Shown here piece after piece: positions 1 through 10,085 of a DNA stretch of 64,000 bases. Origin of the DNA: an uncultured Gammaproteobacteria bacterium (GTDB taxonomy: Bacteria; Patescibacteriota; Microgenomatia; UBA10105; UBA927); assembly GCA_964430295.1 (NCBI GenBank), contig CAYSEV010000003.1, forward strand, positions 6,184 through 70,183, given 5' to 3'. Each line of letters starts with the position of its first letter. Position 1 is the first letter of the stretch. Below the pieces are notes generated by a model, which worked only from the letters and a program-made list of their open reading frames with translations, made no database searches and was not told where the DNA came from. The position numbers and the translations under genes were made by a program.

Positions 1-113
1 CAGATATAAATAAATACACACCGTTTCCTGTTCCTCCTTGTGAAGGGTTCGCTGACTGCGACGCAAAATTAAAAGCTGCCGGTTACGCAGCGTGTTTATC
101 AGAAATGCCATGA
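1..113 (+). CDS. 3' end of a hypothetical protein (partial, runs in from the window edge)
   Basis: Open frame from nt 3 (DINKYTPFPVPPCEGFADCDAKLKAAGYAACLSEMP*). Its TGA at 111-113 overlaps the next ATG (ATGA). Confidence 0.6.
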   Translation, partial: DINKYTPFPVPPCEGFADCDAKLKAAGYAACLSEMP

Positions 114-1087
114 AACGATTTTTAATTATCATTATTATTTTCTTCATGTTGTTTGGTGTCAGTTTTTTATGGTTTTCTTCATCCGAAAAAAACAAGACGC
201 CCACTCAAACCACAATTACTCCTACTCGCGTGGTCTCGGCCATATCTGCACCAAGAACGTTGACGTTTCCTGGCGATGATTCTGTGGTTTTTTCATACAC
301 TAGCCACCCCCCTCAGTTTCCGGAAGAATTACCTTCGTATGCCGTAACATATCCGCCGAAGATAGAAGAGGCGGTTGCGTCACTTGCAAAACAATGGGGG
401 TTCGTCGTTCCTGTCAAGAAGCCGGTTCCATATGTATATGACTGGATAGAGAAGGAAAAACACATGTCTGTAAACACAAAAACAAACACGCTTTCTTTCT
501 CATATTTTTATCCGTCTGTTAATTCGTCTATGAATGGAAGGTTAACAGTGGAGACAGTGATAAAAGATATTACAAAGGCCGGCTTACTTCAAAAAAGTCT
601 TGTTTTCGTTGAAGCAAAAAAAGAAATCAACGCAACGTCTGGAGAGGGATTAGATTCAACCATATACCCTTCTACATTTATTTCATATCAATATAAAGTG
701 GCAGATCAGCCATATCCATTCATTTTTACGGGCGCAAACCAATATGCAGCGACCATAAGAATACTCGACCGTGGAGACATTGTGTCTTTTTCTATTAGAA
801 TTCCTCCTTTTGTAAAGCCTCTGCAACTAAAAAAAACGATATCTGCGGAAGAAATACTACAATCATTAAATGAACACAAAGGTATTCTTGTGAGAGCCGG
901 TGAACAAACCCAACCCGATCCATATAAATTGATTGAATCGTTTTCCTCGGTTGAAATATCTTCCATCACAATTGGATACTTTATGGATGACGCGGAAAAA
1001 ATATTTTATCCTATTTATATAATTTCCGGCTCTGCCTACGGGGCAACAACGTATAAAGTCACATACTATTTGCGGGCCACTTTATAA
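110..1087 (+). CDS. Membrane-anchored extracellular hypothetical protein
   Basis: Start moved to ATG 110 (ATGA overlap). MKRF plus a hydrophobic helix, then a Thr/Pro linker and a soluble domain. Confidence 0.75.
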   Translation: MKRFLIIIIIFFMLFGVSFLWFSSSEKNKTPTQTTITPTRVVSAISAPRTLTFPGDDSVVFSYTSHPPQFPEELPSYAVTYPPKIEEAVASLAKQWGFVVPVKKPVPYVYDWIEKEKHMSVNTKTNTLSFSYFYPSVNSSMNGRLTVETVIKDITKAGLLQKSLVFVEAKKEINATSGEGLDSTIYPSTFISYQYKVADQPYPFIFTGANQYAATIRILDRGDIVSFSIRIPPFVKPLQLKKTISAEEILQSLNEHKGILVRAGEQTQPDPYKLIESFSSVEISSITIGYFMDDAEKIFYPIYIISGSAYGATTYKVTYYLRATL

Positions 1088-1095
1088 CTACCAAC

Positions 1096-2199
1096 TTATG
1101 TAGTTCTGACAGGCATTATGATGTGAAGAAATGATTCATCCGTTGTGGATTTAAAGACTCCAGGGTTAAGTGATCCTGTCATTTCAAAGATCAATTCGCT
1201 TTCCTGAATATTTGATAAGAGATCCGTCAGAAATTTGCTGTTAAATGCCATTTCCCCGCCTTCTCCCGTCACTTGCGCATCTATTTCTATTTGGTCTTCC
1301 CCTATTTGGGGCGTGTTTGCGCTCACTAGCACAGTTTGATCTTTTATTTGAAGCTTTATTATGTTTGCGCTGTCTCGGGCAAATATACTTGCTGACTTTA
1401 CTGCTTTTGAAAGAACTGCTGTTTCAATAACTACGCTGGTGTTGTGTTTTGTCGGGATAATCCGTTCATAATTAGGATAGTCGCCATCAATAAGCCTTGT
1501 TCGTATTTCAGTATCCCCAATCACAAAAAGAAGCTGATTGTCTTTTTGTCTTGCCAGCTGTATCTCTTTCACATCTTTTTCTTCGTTTGATATTTTTAAG
1601 ACCTCTGCAATAGCTTTTGCCGGCACCAAAAGATCTAACCCGTGATCAGTGTCGGTTGTTTGTTTTTTAACAGAGAGTCTATATCCATCAGTTGCCGCAA
1701 AGTTCAGCTCTCCGTCTTTTTCAATGATTCTAATTCCGGTTAGAACTGGCCTTCCCTCATCTGTGGCAGCGCTAAACACCACCCGGTTAAGATTTCTCAC
1801 AAGATCATCCTTATTCATCGTTATGGCGTTTTTTAGTTCGGGTTGTGGTAGCGGTGGGTATTCTTTTGCTGCAATTCCTGGAATCACTGCCTTATATCCA
1901 TTACAAACAATAAGAAGCGCTCCTTCTTTTTCTGACATGTCCACGGTTCCTTGAGGCAAAGACGCAACGTATTCACAAAGTAGTTTAGAGGGAACACAAA
2001 CCCCTCCCTCTTCTATGATTTTTGATCCCACGAGTACTGTTTCGGTTGTCTCCAGGTTTGTCGCTGTCACTTTTAGCCTTCCGCTCTCTGTTGTTAATAA
2101 GACATTTTGTAGTATCGGCAGCTGTGGTTTTGTTGGCACTATTCGTCCGGTTCGAAGCAGGGTTCTGAATAGGTTTTCCTGAAGAATTTGAATATTCAT
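1096..2199 (-). CDS. dnaN: DNA polymerase III beta sliding clamp
   Basis: 367 aa; motifs LPILQNVLL, ATNLE, AATDGYRLS, RLIDGDYPNY, IMPVR; downstream of dnaA. Confidence 0.98.
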   Translation of the reverse strand: MNIQILQENLFRTLLRTGRIVPTKPQLPILQNVLLTTESGRLKVTATNLETTETVLVGSKIIEEGGVCVPSKLLCEYVASLPQGTVDMSEKEGALLIVCNGYKAVIPGIAAKEYPPLPQPELKNAITMNKDDLVRNLNRVVFSAATDEGRPVLTGIRIIEKDGELNFAATDGYRLSVKKQTTDTDHGLDLLVPAKAIAEVLKISNEEKDVKEIQLARQKDNQLLFVIGDTEIRTRLIDGDYPNYERIIPTKHNTSVVIETAVLSKAVKSASIFARDSANIIKLQIKDQTVLVSANTPQIGEDQIEIDAQVTGEGGEMAFNSKFLTDLLSNIQESELIFEMTGSLNPGVFKSTTDESFLHIIMPVRTT

Positions 2200-2475
2200 A
2201 GTAATCGAAACGTATCTTTATGTATATCTCTATAGTATTAGTAAATAGAAAACGGTGTGGAAAAGTGTATGTCTTTTTGAAATATAAGTCAACGGGCCCG
2301 TAGAACAAAATAAATAAAGAAAAGAAAACACCAAAAAAGCGGTGGAAAAACAGGTGGATAACGTAGTGGATAACTCACCCTCTTATGTGTATAAGTGGAT
2401 AACGGAAAGAAGTTATGCCCAGACTTTCAATTTAATCCCCTCAACATCGTTTCGAAGGTGTTCATTTGTGGATAA
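2200..2475. promoter_or_regulatory. Replication origin (oriC): DnaA-box cluster with putative DnaA-trio unwinding site
   Basis: TGTGGAAAA 2256-2264, GGTGGAAAA 2341-2349, GGTGGATAA 2353-2361, AGTGGATAA 2365-2373, TGTGTATAA 2386-2394, AGTGGATAA 2394-2402, and a perfect TGTGGATAA at 2467-2475 inside the dnaA 3' end. TAG-TAT-TAG-TAA at 2233-2244 sits beside an AT-rich stretch. Confidence 0.85.
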
Positions 2476-3780
2476 TTCTTTTGCAATGGCATCCACGCCA
2501 TGCATAACCGTTGTGTGATCTCTTCCTCCTAAAAGCCCGCCGATGTCTCCATGAGTGAGACCGAGTTCTGTTCTGCACAAATACATAAAGACCTGTCTTG
2601 GACGGGCAATCGGTCTATCCCTTTTGGGGCCCCTCATTGCTGTGGATTTAATACCAAAATATTCCGCAACAGCTTCCATTAAATCTTGCGGAGGCACTCT
2701 TTTTTGCGTTCGCTCCGTCTGCTTAATTGCCGGTTTAATACTCAGTAATGAAGAAATCAATTCCGTAGATACCTCTATATTTTTTGTTGCAGTTTCTGTT
2801 ATGAGTCTTCTAAGAAAACCTTCTATAGCTCTTGTATCAGAAATGTTTGCGGCTATGAGCTGAGCAGACTCAGAAGAAACCGCAAGCCCAAGAGCCTTTG
2901 ATTTTATATTGATAATAGCCACTCGCAGTTCAAAGTCCGGATTAGCGACATCCACCGTTAACCCGCCCTCAAATCGGCTTCGAAGCCTATCTTCGAGTTT
3001 TGAAATCTCTGTAGGAGGTCTATCTGATATAAGAATTATTTGTCCCCCTTCTCTATGAACTGCGTTAAACGTATGAAAAAACTCCTCTTGTGCCGTCAAC
3101 TTTCCTGCAATAAATTGGACATCATCAACCAACAGCAGTTGTGCATTTCGATATTTCTGTTTGAACTGACGGGCTGTTTTTGTCTGTATAGCTTCAACAA
3201 TTTCGTTTAAAAACTCCTCACCCATACAATACACCACCCTAGTTGTCGGTTTTCGTTGCAAGATGCTGTTGGCAACAGCATGCATTAAATGAGTTTTACC
3301 GACTCCTACCCCGCCGTAAATAAACAAAGGGTTATATGCTGTTCCCGGAGAGCGGGCAACCGCTGTTGCCGCCGCATAAGCCATTTGGTTTGATGTGGAA
3401 ACCGCGAAATTTTCAAACGTTGCATCCGGACGAATATGAAGCCGTCTGGAAAGAGAAGAAAGATCCTGTTCTCCACTTGAGGCGGGAACCGAAGCAAAGA
3501 GCGGACCGGCGTCTTTAGAGGAGAGCTTTTCTTTTTTTGGAACCACCGAGAACACCATGCTTATGTTTTCGTGTGTGTGGTGGTCTAATATGCTTTTGAC
3601 GAGAGAATAATATCTCGTTTCTACGAGCGTTCTCATGAGAGGGCTTGTAAAGCTGATATGAGCGACATTATCAGATAGAGATAATAGCCTAGAGCTCGCA
3701 AAATGTGTTTGAAACGTAGCTTTAGAAACCGATAATTCGATCTCTGCTAATACCGTCTTCCAGAGTTTTTCAGTATCCAT
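2413..3780 (-). CDS. dnaA: Chromosomal replication initiator DnaA
   Basis: YNPLFIYGGVGVGKTHL (Walker A), LLVDDVQF, QEEFFHTFN, RLRSRFEGGL, GGRDHTTVMH. Confidence 0.99.
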   Translation of the reverse strand: MDTEKLWKTVLAEIELSVSKATFQTHFASSRLLSLSDNVAHISFTSPLMRTLVETRYYSLVKSILDHHTHENISMVFSVVPKKEKLSSKDAGPLFASVPASSGEQDLSSLSRRLHIRPDATFENFAVSTSNQMAYAAATAVARSPGTAYNPLFIYGGVGVGKTHLMHAVANSILQRKPTTRVVYCMGEEFLNEIVEAIQTKTARQFKQKYRNAQLLLVDDVQFIAGKLTAQEEFFHTFNAVHREGGQIILISDRPPTEISKLEDRLRSRFEGGLTVDVANPDFELRVAIINIKSKALGLAVSSESAQLIAANISDTRAIEGFLRRLITETATKNIEVSTELISSLLSIKPAIKQTERTQKRVPPQDLMEAVAEYFGIKSTAMRGPKRDRPIARPRQVFMYLCRTELGLTHGDIGGLLGGRDHTTVMHGVDAIAKELSTNEHLRNDVEGIKLKVWA

Positions 3781-3839
3781 GATGCGTAATACATGAGCAG
3801 AGTAATATAGTGACGCAGCGCATGAGGGTTATATCACAT

Positions 3840-3858
3840 TGTGGATAAGTTGTCCACA
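3840..3858. promoter_or_regulatory. Inverted pair of DnaA boxes upstream of dnaA (autoregulation or second origin sub-region)
   Basis: TGTGGATAA 3840-3848 and TTGTCCACA 3850-3858. Confidence 0.75.
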
Positions 3859-3899
3859 AGAACACCCACATCACAGCCGTGCTATCATAGTGTAGAGAT

Positions 3900-5909
3900 A
3901 TGATTTCATCGACACAAATCATGGTTAGTTTAGTTATCCTCGGGTGCATGGTTCTCTTAGGCGATGAAAAACAATCAATTGTTTTTATAGTTTCTGTAGC
4001 TGCGACAATTTGTCTTTATATTTATGATTGGTATAAAGGTAAAAAAAAGTATGTTATTGCGACGGACACTCTGGTGCTTTGGTTATTGCTTGGGGTGTCT
4101 TTCATACTATCATCAATACACTCGTTAAGTCGTGGATATTCATTCACAGAAGGTATCAAGTATATAAACGCCTTTTTGTTATTTGTCTATTTTTCAAATA
4201 AAACAGATCAAAAAGATATCCATCGATACGCAACAGCCTTATATTATTGGACCATTGTAATCCTCGTGATTTCGTATATGTTTGTTTTTTTCCCTATATT
4301 CAGGTCTTTTTTACCCCTGATGAACCTTTTGTATAAATCTTATGACCATAGTCATGTTGTCGATGTTTTGATATTTACAACCCCCTTATGGATATATATG
4401 TTGAAACAAAAAAAAGATCTGATCACCAAACTAAGTGTTCTGTTTTTAGCATCCGGTCTATTAACATCGTATGCAAGAGGCGCAATACTACTCATATTAA
4501 TTATGGGTGCTATTTTTGGGAAAAAATACCTTCACGGGAAATATAGCAAGCAAGGGTCCTGGTTTCTTTTCTTGAGCACTGTGCTAAGTATTGGCGCCCT
4601 TGTTTATTTTACGTACGGTATAAGGAGTAATCCTATATCAGGAGTATTACATAAACTAAACACTCAAAAAATGGTGACGGTTGAAAGCAGAATGGGCTTT
4701 TGGAAACAAGCGATAACTTCTATAAAAACATATCCTCTCTTTGGACAGGGACCCGGTACATTCTATTTGGTGTCCAAAAAATTTCAATCGGAGCCCAACT
4801 CATATTCCTGGTTCGCGCACAGCTTCCCTCTTCAGTCCGTCACAGAGATGGGTCTTTTAGGTTTTATAATTTTATTTCTCTTATTATATAAATTATTGTT
4901 TATTAATAAAAAAGGATTGTTATTTCATAGTGCTCTCAATATTACGCCCGAGGCCTCTCTACTTCATGGTATTATTCTGGTCTTTCTTTACAGTTTTTTT
5001 GAGATGAATATGGATTTTACAGTGGTTTGGGTTCTCTTTTGGTCTATACTAGGAATGTTAAATCAGGTTCAAAATAAATCGCATAGTTCCAACAAAAAAA
5101 CAAATATCCACGTAATCATTCCATTAGTTATTCTTAGTGTATTCTATGTGAGTGCCATTCTGGGTTCTATTACTAATGCAAATCATAGAACGCAAGATCT
5201 TGCAGTAATGATTATGCCCTATGATGCAAATATTGTCGGCTCATATCTTGAAAAATTGCCAACCAAAAAAGCCGTTACACAAACACAAAAAAAGATAATA
5301 CGATTTTTCCACGCATATAATTCCTCTATTCTTGTTAATTTGGCATCAGCCGAAACGGATCCGATAAAATATGATGATTATATGAAAACGGCGATTGAAA
5401 GTGATCCTCAAAACAGGTCAAATCTTGAAACGTACATAACCTATTCTCTCAAAAATAACAGAGACGATAATCTCCAATATATTGTTAAAACCATGGCACA
5501 GACCATAAGTGTACAAAAGCAAAAAGATCAAAACTATATAGAAACCAGATGGAAAAACATACACAATTGTTTTAACTCGGCATCACTAATCTGGAATGAT
5601 TCTCCGTATGTAGATACCTATCAGGCAAAATCTCTGTATTTTGCCTCATTATGTCTTATTAAAGAAGGAAATTTTGAAGATGGAAAACGATTGATGGAGA
5701 TTGCCGTTAACGCAAAAACCAGTTGGAGCAATATTTACATTGACTATGCGGCAATAATATGGTGGAATGAGGGAAATTACGCTAAAGCAAAAACAATTCT
5801 GAAAGAGTGTGAAAAAAATGAAAACGCTAGAAATCATTGCTCCCAGTTTGATAACGGCCAATTATCTCATACTAGTGTGCAGGATAAAAATATTTCATTT
5901 ATAAAATAA
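3900..5909 (+). CDS. O-antigen ligase / O-oligosaccharyltransferase-like (Wzy_C) membrane protein with C-terminal helical (TPR-like) domain
   Basis: About 12 TM helices; TSYARGA, SRMGFWK..PLFGQGPGTF, AHSFPLQ..EMGLLG. Confidence 0.8.
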   Translation: MISSTQIMVSLVILGCMVLLGDEKQSIVFIVSVAATICLYIYDWYKGKKKYVIATDTLVLWLLLGVSFILSSIHSLSRGYSFTEGIKYINAFLLFVYFSNKTDQKDIHRYATALYYWTIVILVISYMFVFFPIFRSFLPLMNLLYKSYDHSHVVDVLIFTTPLWIYMLKQKKDLITKLSVLFLASGLLTSYARGAILLILIMGAIFGKKYLHGKYSKQGSWFLFLSTVLSIGALVYFTYGIRSNPISGVLHKLNTQKMVTVESRMGFWKQAITSIKTYPLFGQGPGTFYLVSKKFQSEPNSYSWFAHSFPLQSVTEMGLLGFIILFLLLYKLLFINKKGLLFHSALNITPEASLLHGIILVFLYSFFEMNMDFTVVWVLFWSILGMLNQVQNKSHSSNKKTNIHVIIPLVILSVFYVSAILGSITNANHRTQDLAVMIMPYDANIVGSYLEKLPTKKAVTQTQKKIIRFFHAYNSSILVNLASAETDPIKYDDYMKTAIESDPQNRSNLETYITYSLKNNRDDNLQYIVKTMAQTISVQKQKDQNYIETRWKNIHNCFNSASLIWNDSPYVDTYQAKSLYFASLCLIKEGNFEDGKRLMEIAVNAKTSWSNIYIDYAAIIWWNEGNYAKAKTILKECEKNENARNHCSQFDNGQLSHTSVQDKNISFIK

Positions 5910-5910
5910 T

Positions 5911-6915
5911 ATGTATCCAAAACACGCAATTATCGCAGTAACTCTTAACTGTAATTCTCGTTGCATTATGTGCAACATATGGAAGAATCGTATTACAAAT
6001 GAGTTGCAACCACATGAGTTTCTAAAAATCCCCTCGTCACTCATAGATATTAATATTACCGGTGGAGAACCATTTTTACGAAAAGATCTGGTGGAAATTA
6101 TCGCAAATATGAAAAAAGCTGCTCCCAAAGCGAGAATGGTTATGATTTCGAATGGGTTTATGCCCCATAGAGCATCAGAGGATTTGCCAAAGATCTATAA
6201 AATAGATCCAAACTTTGCCTTTAGAGTTTCTATTGATGGTATAGGTAAAGCCCATGATGAAATTCGAAGGATTCCTGGCGGATTCGATAAGATCATGAAA
6301 ACCATTGAAGCAGCCAGAAAAGCCGGCCTGAAAGATTTAGGAGTCTCTTTTACAGTTATCGATCAAAATGTGAGTGAAATTCCTAAAGTACGAGAATTTT
6401 GTAAAAAAAATGATTTAGAGTTTTCTATTACCGTTGCAACCAATTCTGTTATATATTTTGGCTCAGATAAAAGTTCTCTTCGTCCAAAACATCCGGAAAA
6501 ACTTGAAGAACAACTTCGGAGTCTTTCGCGGGACCATTATAGTCATATTAATCCAAAAGAAATAAGTAGAGGGTGGTTTGTTAAAGGGCTAATAGAGTAC
6601 ATGAATACAGGCAAGCGAACACTCCCCTGCGATGCTGGACAAGGGTTTTATTATATGGACTCAGTCGGCAATGTTTATACGTGTCATTTAAAACCCTGGA
6701 TAATGGGTAATATACGACAAGATTCACTGGATCAGATTTTTGGAAGAAATATACACGCTGGCAAAGTCGCCGCGTGTAATGATTGCTGGATGGTTTGTAC
6801 GGCAAAATCAATGATGAAAAAACGTTTAGCCCTTATTTTACCCGGTGTTATTCCAGATGTACTGGATGCCTTGGTTCAATACGCATTCCAAAATAAATCA
6901 AGCTCTACCGTGTGA
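5911..6915 (+). CDS. Radical SAM protein with SPASM/twitch-like C-terminus
   Basis: CNSRCIMC (CxxxCxxC), ITGGEPF, SIDG..HDEIR, CDAG..YTC..CNDCWMVC. Confidence 0.92.
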   Translation: MYPKHAIIAVTLNCNSRCIMCNIWKNRITNELQPHEFLKIPSSLIDINITGGEPFLRKDLVEIIANMKKAAPKARMVMISNGFMPHRASEDLPKIYKIDPNFAFRVSIDGIGKAHDEIRRIPGGFDKIMKTIEAARKAGLKDLGVSFTVIDQNVSEIPKVREFCKKNDLEFSITVATNSVIYFGSDKSSLRPKHPEKLEEQLRSLSRDHYSHINPKEISRGWFVKGLIEYMNTGKRTLPCDAGQGFYYMDSVGNVYTCHLKPWIMGNIRQDSLDQIFGRNIHAGKVAACNDCWMVCTAKSMMKKRLALILPGVIPDVLDALVQYAFQNKSSSTV

Positions 6916-6932
6916 GAATGATATTCCGTATT

Positions 6933-7937
6933 TTATTTGTCTGACAGGATTGCCAATTGAAGTTCTTTTTTGAAATGTGAGTAGTCATTGGTTCTATAGA
7001 AATGCACACGTTTTGTGTGTTTGTATTCATCCCTCAAAAAATCTCCGACCAAGCAATTTTTATCATATGACAATGCCTCAGCAACACTAATTGGATACCC
7101 TTCAATATTAGACGGTAGGACAAATAATCTGCAGTTGCTGATTAACTCTCTTTTTTCACGCCCGAAGACGTATCCGGTAAATATGATTTTTTTGGATTTA
7201 GCAAGCTTATACAATGTCTTTGTATATATATCCGAATGACTGGATCCTCCTGCAAGAACGATAGGGACAGAGACATCATCAGATGCTCTTATAAGCCACT
7301 CAATGCGTTTCTCAGGCACAAATCTCCCTAAAAATAAGATGTAATTGTTTTTTCTTAGGCCATATTTTTTTGTGATTATCTGGGCTGTTATGTTGTGTTG
7401 TTTTGTTGTGCTGTATACATCTAATATTGTATCCCTCTTATAAATATGTTTATAGCGTTTCGCTATTTTTATAGAAACGGCATATAGATTATGAGAGCAG
7501 GCCAAAACCACCCTCTCAGAAATTAAAAGAAATATCTTTGCCCCAAGTCCCCATTTTTTTCGCTCCCAATCAAAAGAATGAATGGTGGTATGAATTTTTT
7601 TTCCAAAAAAGCGAGGGATAAATGAAAAAAACGCCGGACCAACACCGTGATACCATACTATATCATTTGAACTAAAAGCTGCATGAAGGGAAGCAAAAAA
7701 ACTATATGAAATAGTGTCTAAATGAGTACTGTTAATAGACCAGATTGGTATAAGTATTGCTCCCTTATAGCGTTTAATATCAGTATCTGTTTGTGTCCAT
7801 GATCGTATATAGCATGATACTCGCGAACCCTTTGTTATAGATTCCAGCTTGTGTTGTATATAAGCTTCAATACCAGATGTCCCAGAAAATTCCATCGGTA
7901 TTCCTCTCGCTCCAATTATCGCAATCGAAGATATCAT
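6933..7937 (-). CDS. Glycosyltransferase family 4
   Basis: IAIIGARGIP..SGIE, LFLGRFVPEKR, FVLPSNIEGYPISVAEAL. Confidence 0.93.
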   Translation of the reverse strand: MISSIAIIGARGIPMEFSGTSGIEAYIQHKLESITKGSRVSCYIRSWTQTDTDIKRYKGAILIPIWSINSTHLDTISYSFFASLHAAFSSNDIVWYHGVGPAFFSFIPRFFGKKIHTTIHSFDWERKKWGLGAKIFLLISERVVLACSHNLYAVSIKIAKRYKHIYKRDTILDVYSTTKQHNITAQIITKKYGLRKNNYILFLGRFVPEKRIEWLIRASDDVSVPIVLAGGSSHSDIYTKTLYKLAKSKKIIFTGYVFGREKRELISNCRLFVLPSNIEGYPISVAEALSYDKNCLVGDFLRDEYKHTKRVHFYRTNDYSHFKKELQLAILSDK

Positions 7938-7939
7938 AA

Positions 7940-9040
7940 CTATAAATTATATAATTTTATATACTCATTAATATTACGAGTGGAATAATTTTGTTTTACC
8001 ATACTCTTTGCTAACAGGATTTTTCCCATCTCATCTTCATATGAATCAAGTGCTCTGATGAGTACTCTTGTCATCTCACTGTCGTTTTTTGCTATATATC
8101 CATACGTATTATTCATCTTAGTATCTAATCCATAAAAATATTTTGTTACAACGAGTGCGCCAGTAGAAAATGCGTCTAATATTGAAACGGGAAACCCCTC
8201 GCTTTTCGCTGTTGAATTGCACACAAAACATTTAGACTGTTTTAATAACAAAGATATATCTTTTAAAGGGGTGGTAATAAAAATGTTATGTTCCAATTTG
8301 TGATGGCGAATATATTGCATGCATGCATCTTTTTCAGAGCCCTCCCCTACTAACATGCAGATAATCTTTTTTTTGGACAATCGTATAACAGTTCGTAAAA
8401 GTGTTAATAATTGGAAAATTTGTTTTTCTTTCTCTAGTCTCCCGGCATAGATAATATCTATCCGCTTTACTTTCTTTGATAATTTACAGTCAGCATACCT
8501 TGACCAATTGGGAATTATTTGTATGGTGCGAAGCGGAATGCCATAAGATCTTATAAGATCAAGCTGTATAGCCGTTGTAGGGACAATAATTCTGTCAGCA
8601 TAAGGGTATAACAATCGTATACCTAGTTCCTGAACCCAAGGCAATACCATTGTTCGTACCATGGTAGAAGTATAATGTCCCTCATTTATAATGATTGTAA
8701 CTTTTCGCCAAAAAAATATAAATTTAGTAGCGAGGACTGTTAAAGAATATGGACTTATATGTGAAGCTATTGTTGCCGGCTTTATTAAAAAAATATGGTA
8801 CCAAGCCCAAAGCATAAAAAGAAAATAATTGTCAGAACCGTTCCATCGGTAAAAATCCAATATTCTCACATTGGGGTTATTTATTACATCTCGTAAATCA
8901 AAATCCCTTTTTTCTTTTAATAGTATATATACGGGGGTATTATTGTGAGAAAATTTTAGTCTATTTACTATATCAGTTATTCTAACAGGTATTCCTCCTA
9001 ACCCAAGATTTGAATACACAATAACCAAAGGTTTAGTCAT
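7940..9040 (-). CDS. Glycosyltransferase family 4
   Basis: Start moved to MTKPLV (9040); LGLGGI, YAGRLEKEK, EGFPVSILDA. Confidence 0.88.
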   Translation of the reverse strand: MTKPLVIVYSNLGLGGIPVRITDIVNRLKFSHNNTPVYILLKEKRDFDLRDVINNPNVRILDFYRWNGSDNYFLFMLWAWYHIFLIKPATIASHISPYSLTVLATKFIFFWRKVTIIINEGHYTSTMVRTMVLPWVQELGIRLLYPYADRIIVPTTAIQLDLIRSYGIPLRTIQIIPNWSRYADCKLSKKVKRIDIIYAGRLEKEKQIFQLLTLLRTVIRLSKKKIICMLVGEGSEKDACMQYIRHHKLEHNIFITTPLKDISLLLKQSKCFVCNSTAKSEGFPVSILDAFSTGALVVTKYFYGLDTKMNNTYGYIAKNDSEMTRVLIRALDSYEDEMGKILLAKSMVKQNYSTRNINEYIKLYNL

Positions 9041-10025
9041 ATAAATATAAATGACTGAAGAAAAAATTAGCTGTAGAAGCAAACCCATCTTCAAAGCTTT
9101 TCATATCATGTCCCCCAGTGATATCCAATATCTTTTTATTGTTTGCCCACGTTTGGAGCATCTCTATTGAAGAATACTGTCGTTTACGCAATTGTAAGGA
9201 GTACCCATGCTGCTTAATAATAGTCTTTGCAATATCGAGAACATCCTTTAATAAGACAGGTTTTCCTGTCCCTATATTAAAAATCCGAAAACCATTTGGA
9301 TGATATAGTGTACTCAAAAGCATATGTGTAAAATCATCAATATATGTCCAGTCTCTTGAGAGTTTCTCTGGACTATATATGTCTATTTCTGATTCATTTT
9401 TTGCCGAAATTAATAATTTCATCGGTAGCATATCCGGTCTGCCATTTGGGCCATACACGCTAAATGGACGAATGAGACTAATCGGTATTTTAGTTTTCTC
9501 ATAAAAGTTCTTCACAGCTATTTCCATAGCGGTCTTCGATGCTCCATACGTTGATATCGGTGTCGACATCTGTATCGGTTCTTGTTCTGAAAACGGAACA
9601 TTTGAGCAGTTTCCATACACGGATGATGAACTGAATATAACTGCATGCCTAATCGTAGTCCTACATGCTTCGAGCATAGAAAGTGTTCCAACCACATTTG
9701 TAGAAAAGTATTTAACGGGAAATTGCTCGCCATTTCTTACACCCACTTCAGCGGCAGTATGTATTAATACGGAAGGTTTAAATTCATTAATTAATAAACG
9801 CAATTTCACGGCCTCTGTTATAGATGTTTTAGAAAAAATAAAATTAGAGTGTTCTTTGAGCTCTATTAATCTATATTGCTTTATTTTTTTTGAATAATAT
9901 GTATTAAGATTATCTATACCAACGACAAGTGCATTATTGTCTTTTGAGAGTATTTTTTTACACACCGCGCTTCCTATAAAACCGGCGGCGCCTGTGACGA
10001 GGTAAACATGTGCATTACGTATCAT
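9033..10025 (-). CDS. NAD-dependent nucleotide-sugar epimerase (UDP-glucuronate 4-epimerase-like)
   Basis: VTGAAGFIGS, SSSSVYG, YGASK, FSVYGPNGRPDM, RDWTYIDD. Confidence 0.9.
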   Translation of the reverse strand: MIRNAHVYLVTGAAGFIGSAVCKKILSKDNNALVVGIDNLNTYYSKKIKQYRLIELKEHSNFIFSKTSITEAVKLRLLINEFKPSVLIHTAAEVGVRNGEQFPVKYFSTNVVGTLSMLEACRTTIRHAVIFSSSSVYGNCSNVPFSEQEPIQMSTPISTYGASKTAMEIAVKNFYEKTKIPISLIRPFSVYGPNGRPDMLPMKLLISAKNESEIDIYSPEKLSRDWTYIDDFTHMLLSTLYHPNGFRIFNIGTGKPVLLKDVLDIAKTIIKQHGYSLQLRKRQYSSIEMLQTWANNKKILDITGGHDMKSFEDGFASTANFFFSHLYLYD

Positions 10026-10085
10026 AATAATTGGTGTTTAATAGCCTTCATGATATCATTTTATGAATAATTAAGAAATAAAATT

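Noticed and set aside
2341-2402. CRISPR-like or iteron repeat array
   Set aside because: The units are 9-mers matching DnaA boxes with no spacers; no cas or rep genes are present.
5911-6915. RiPP maturase
   Set aside because: No precursor peptide or RRE domain was seen nearby; the glycan context is more parsimonious.
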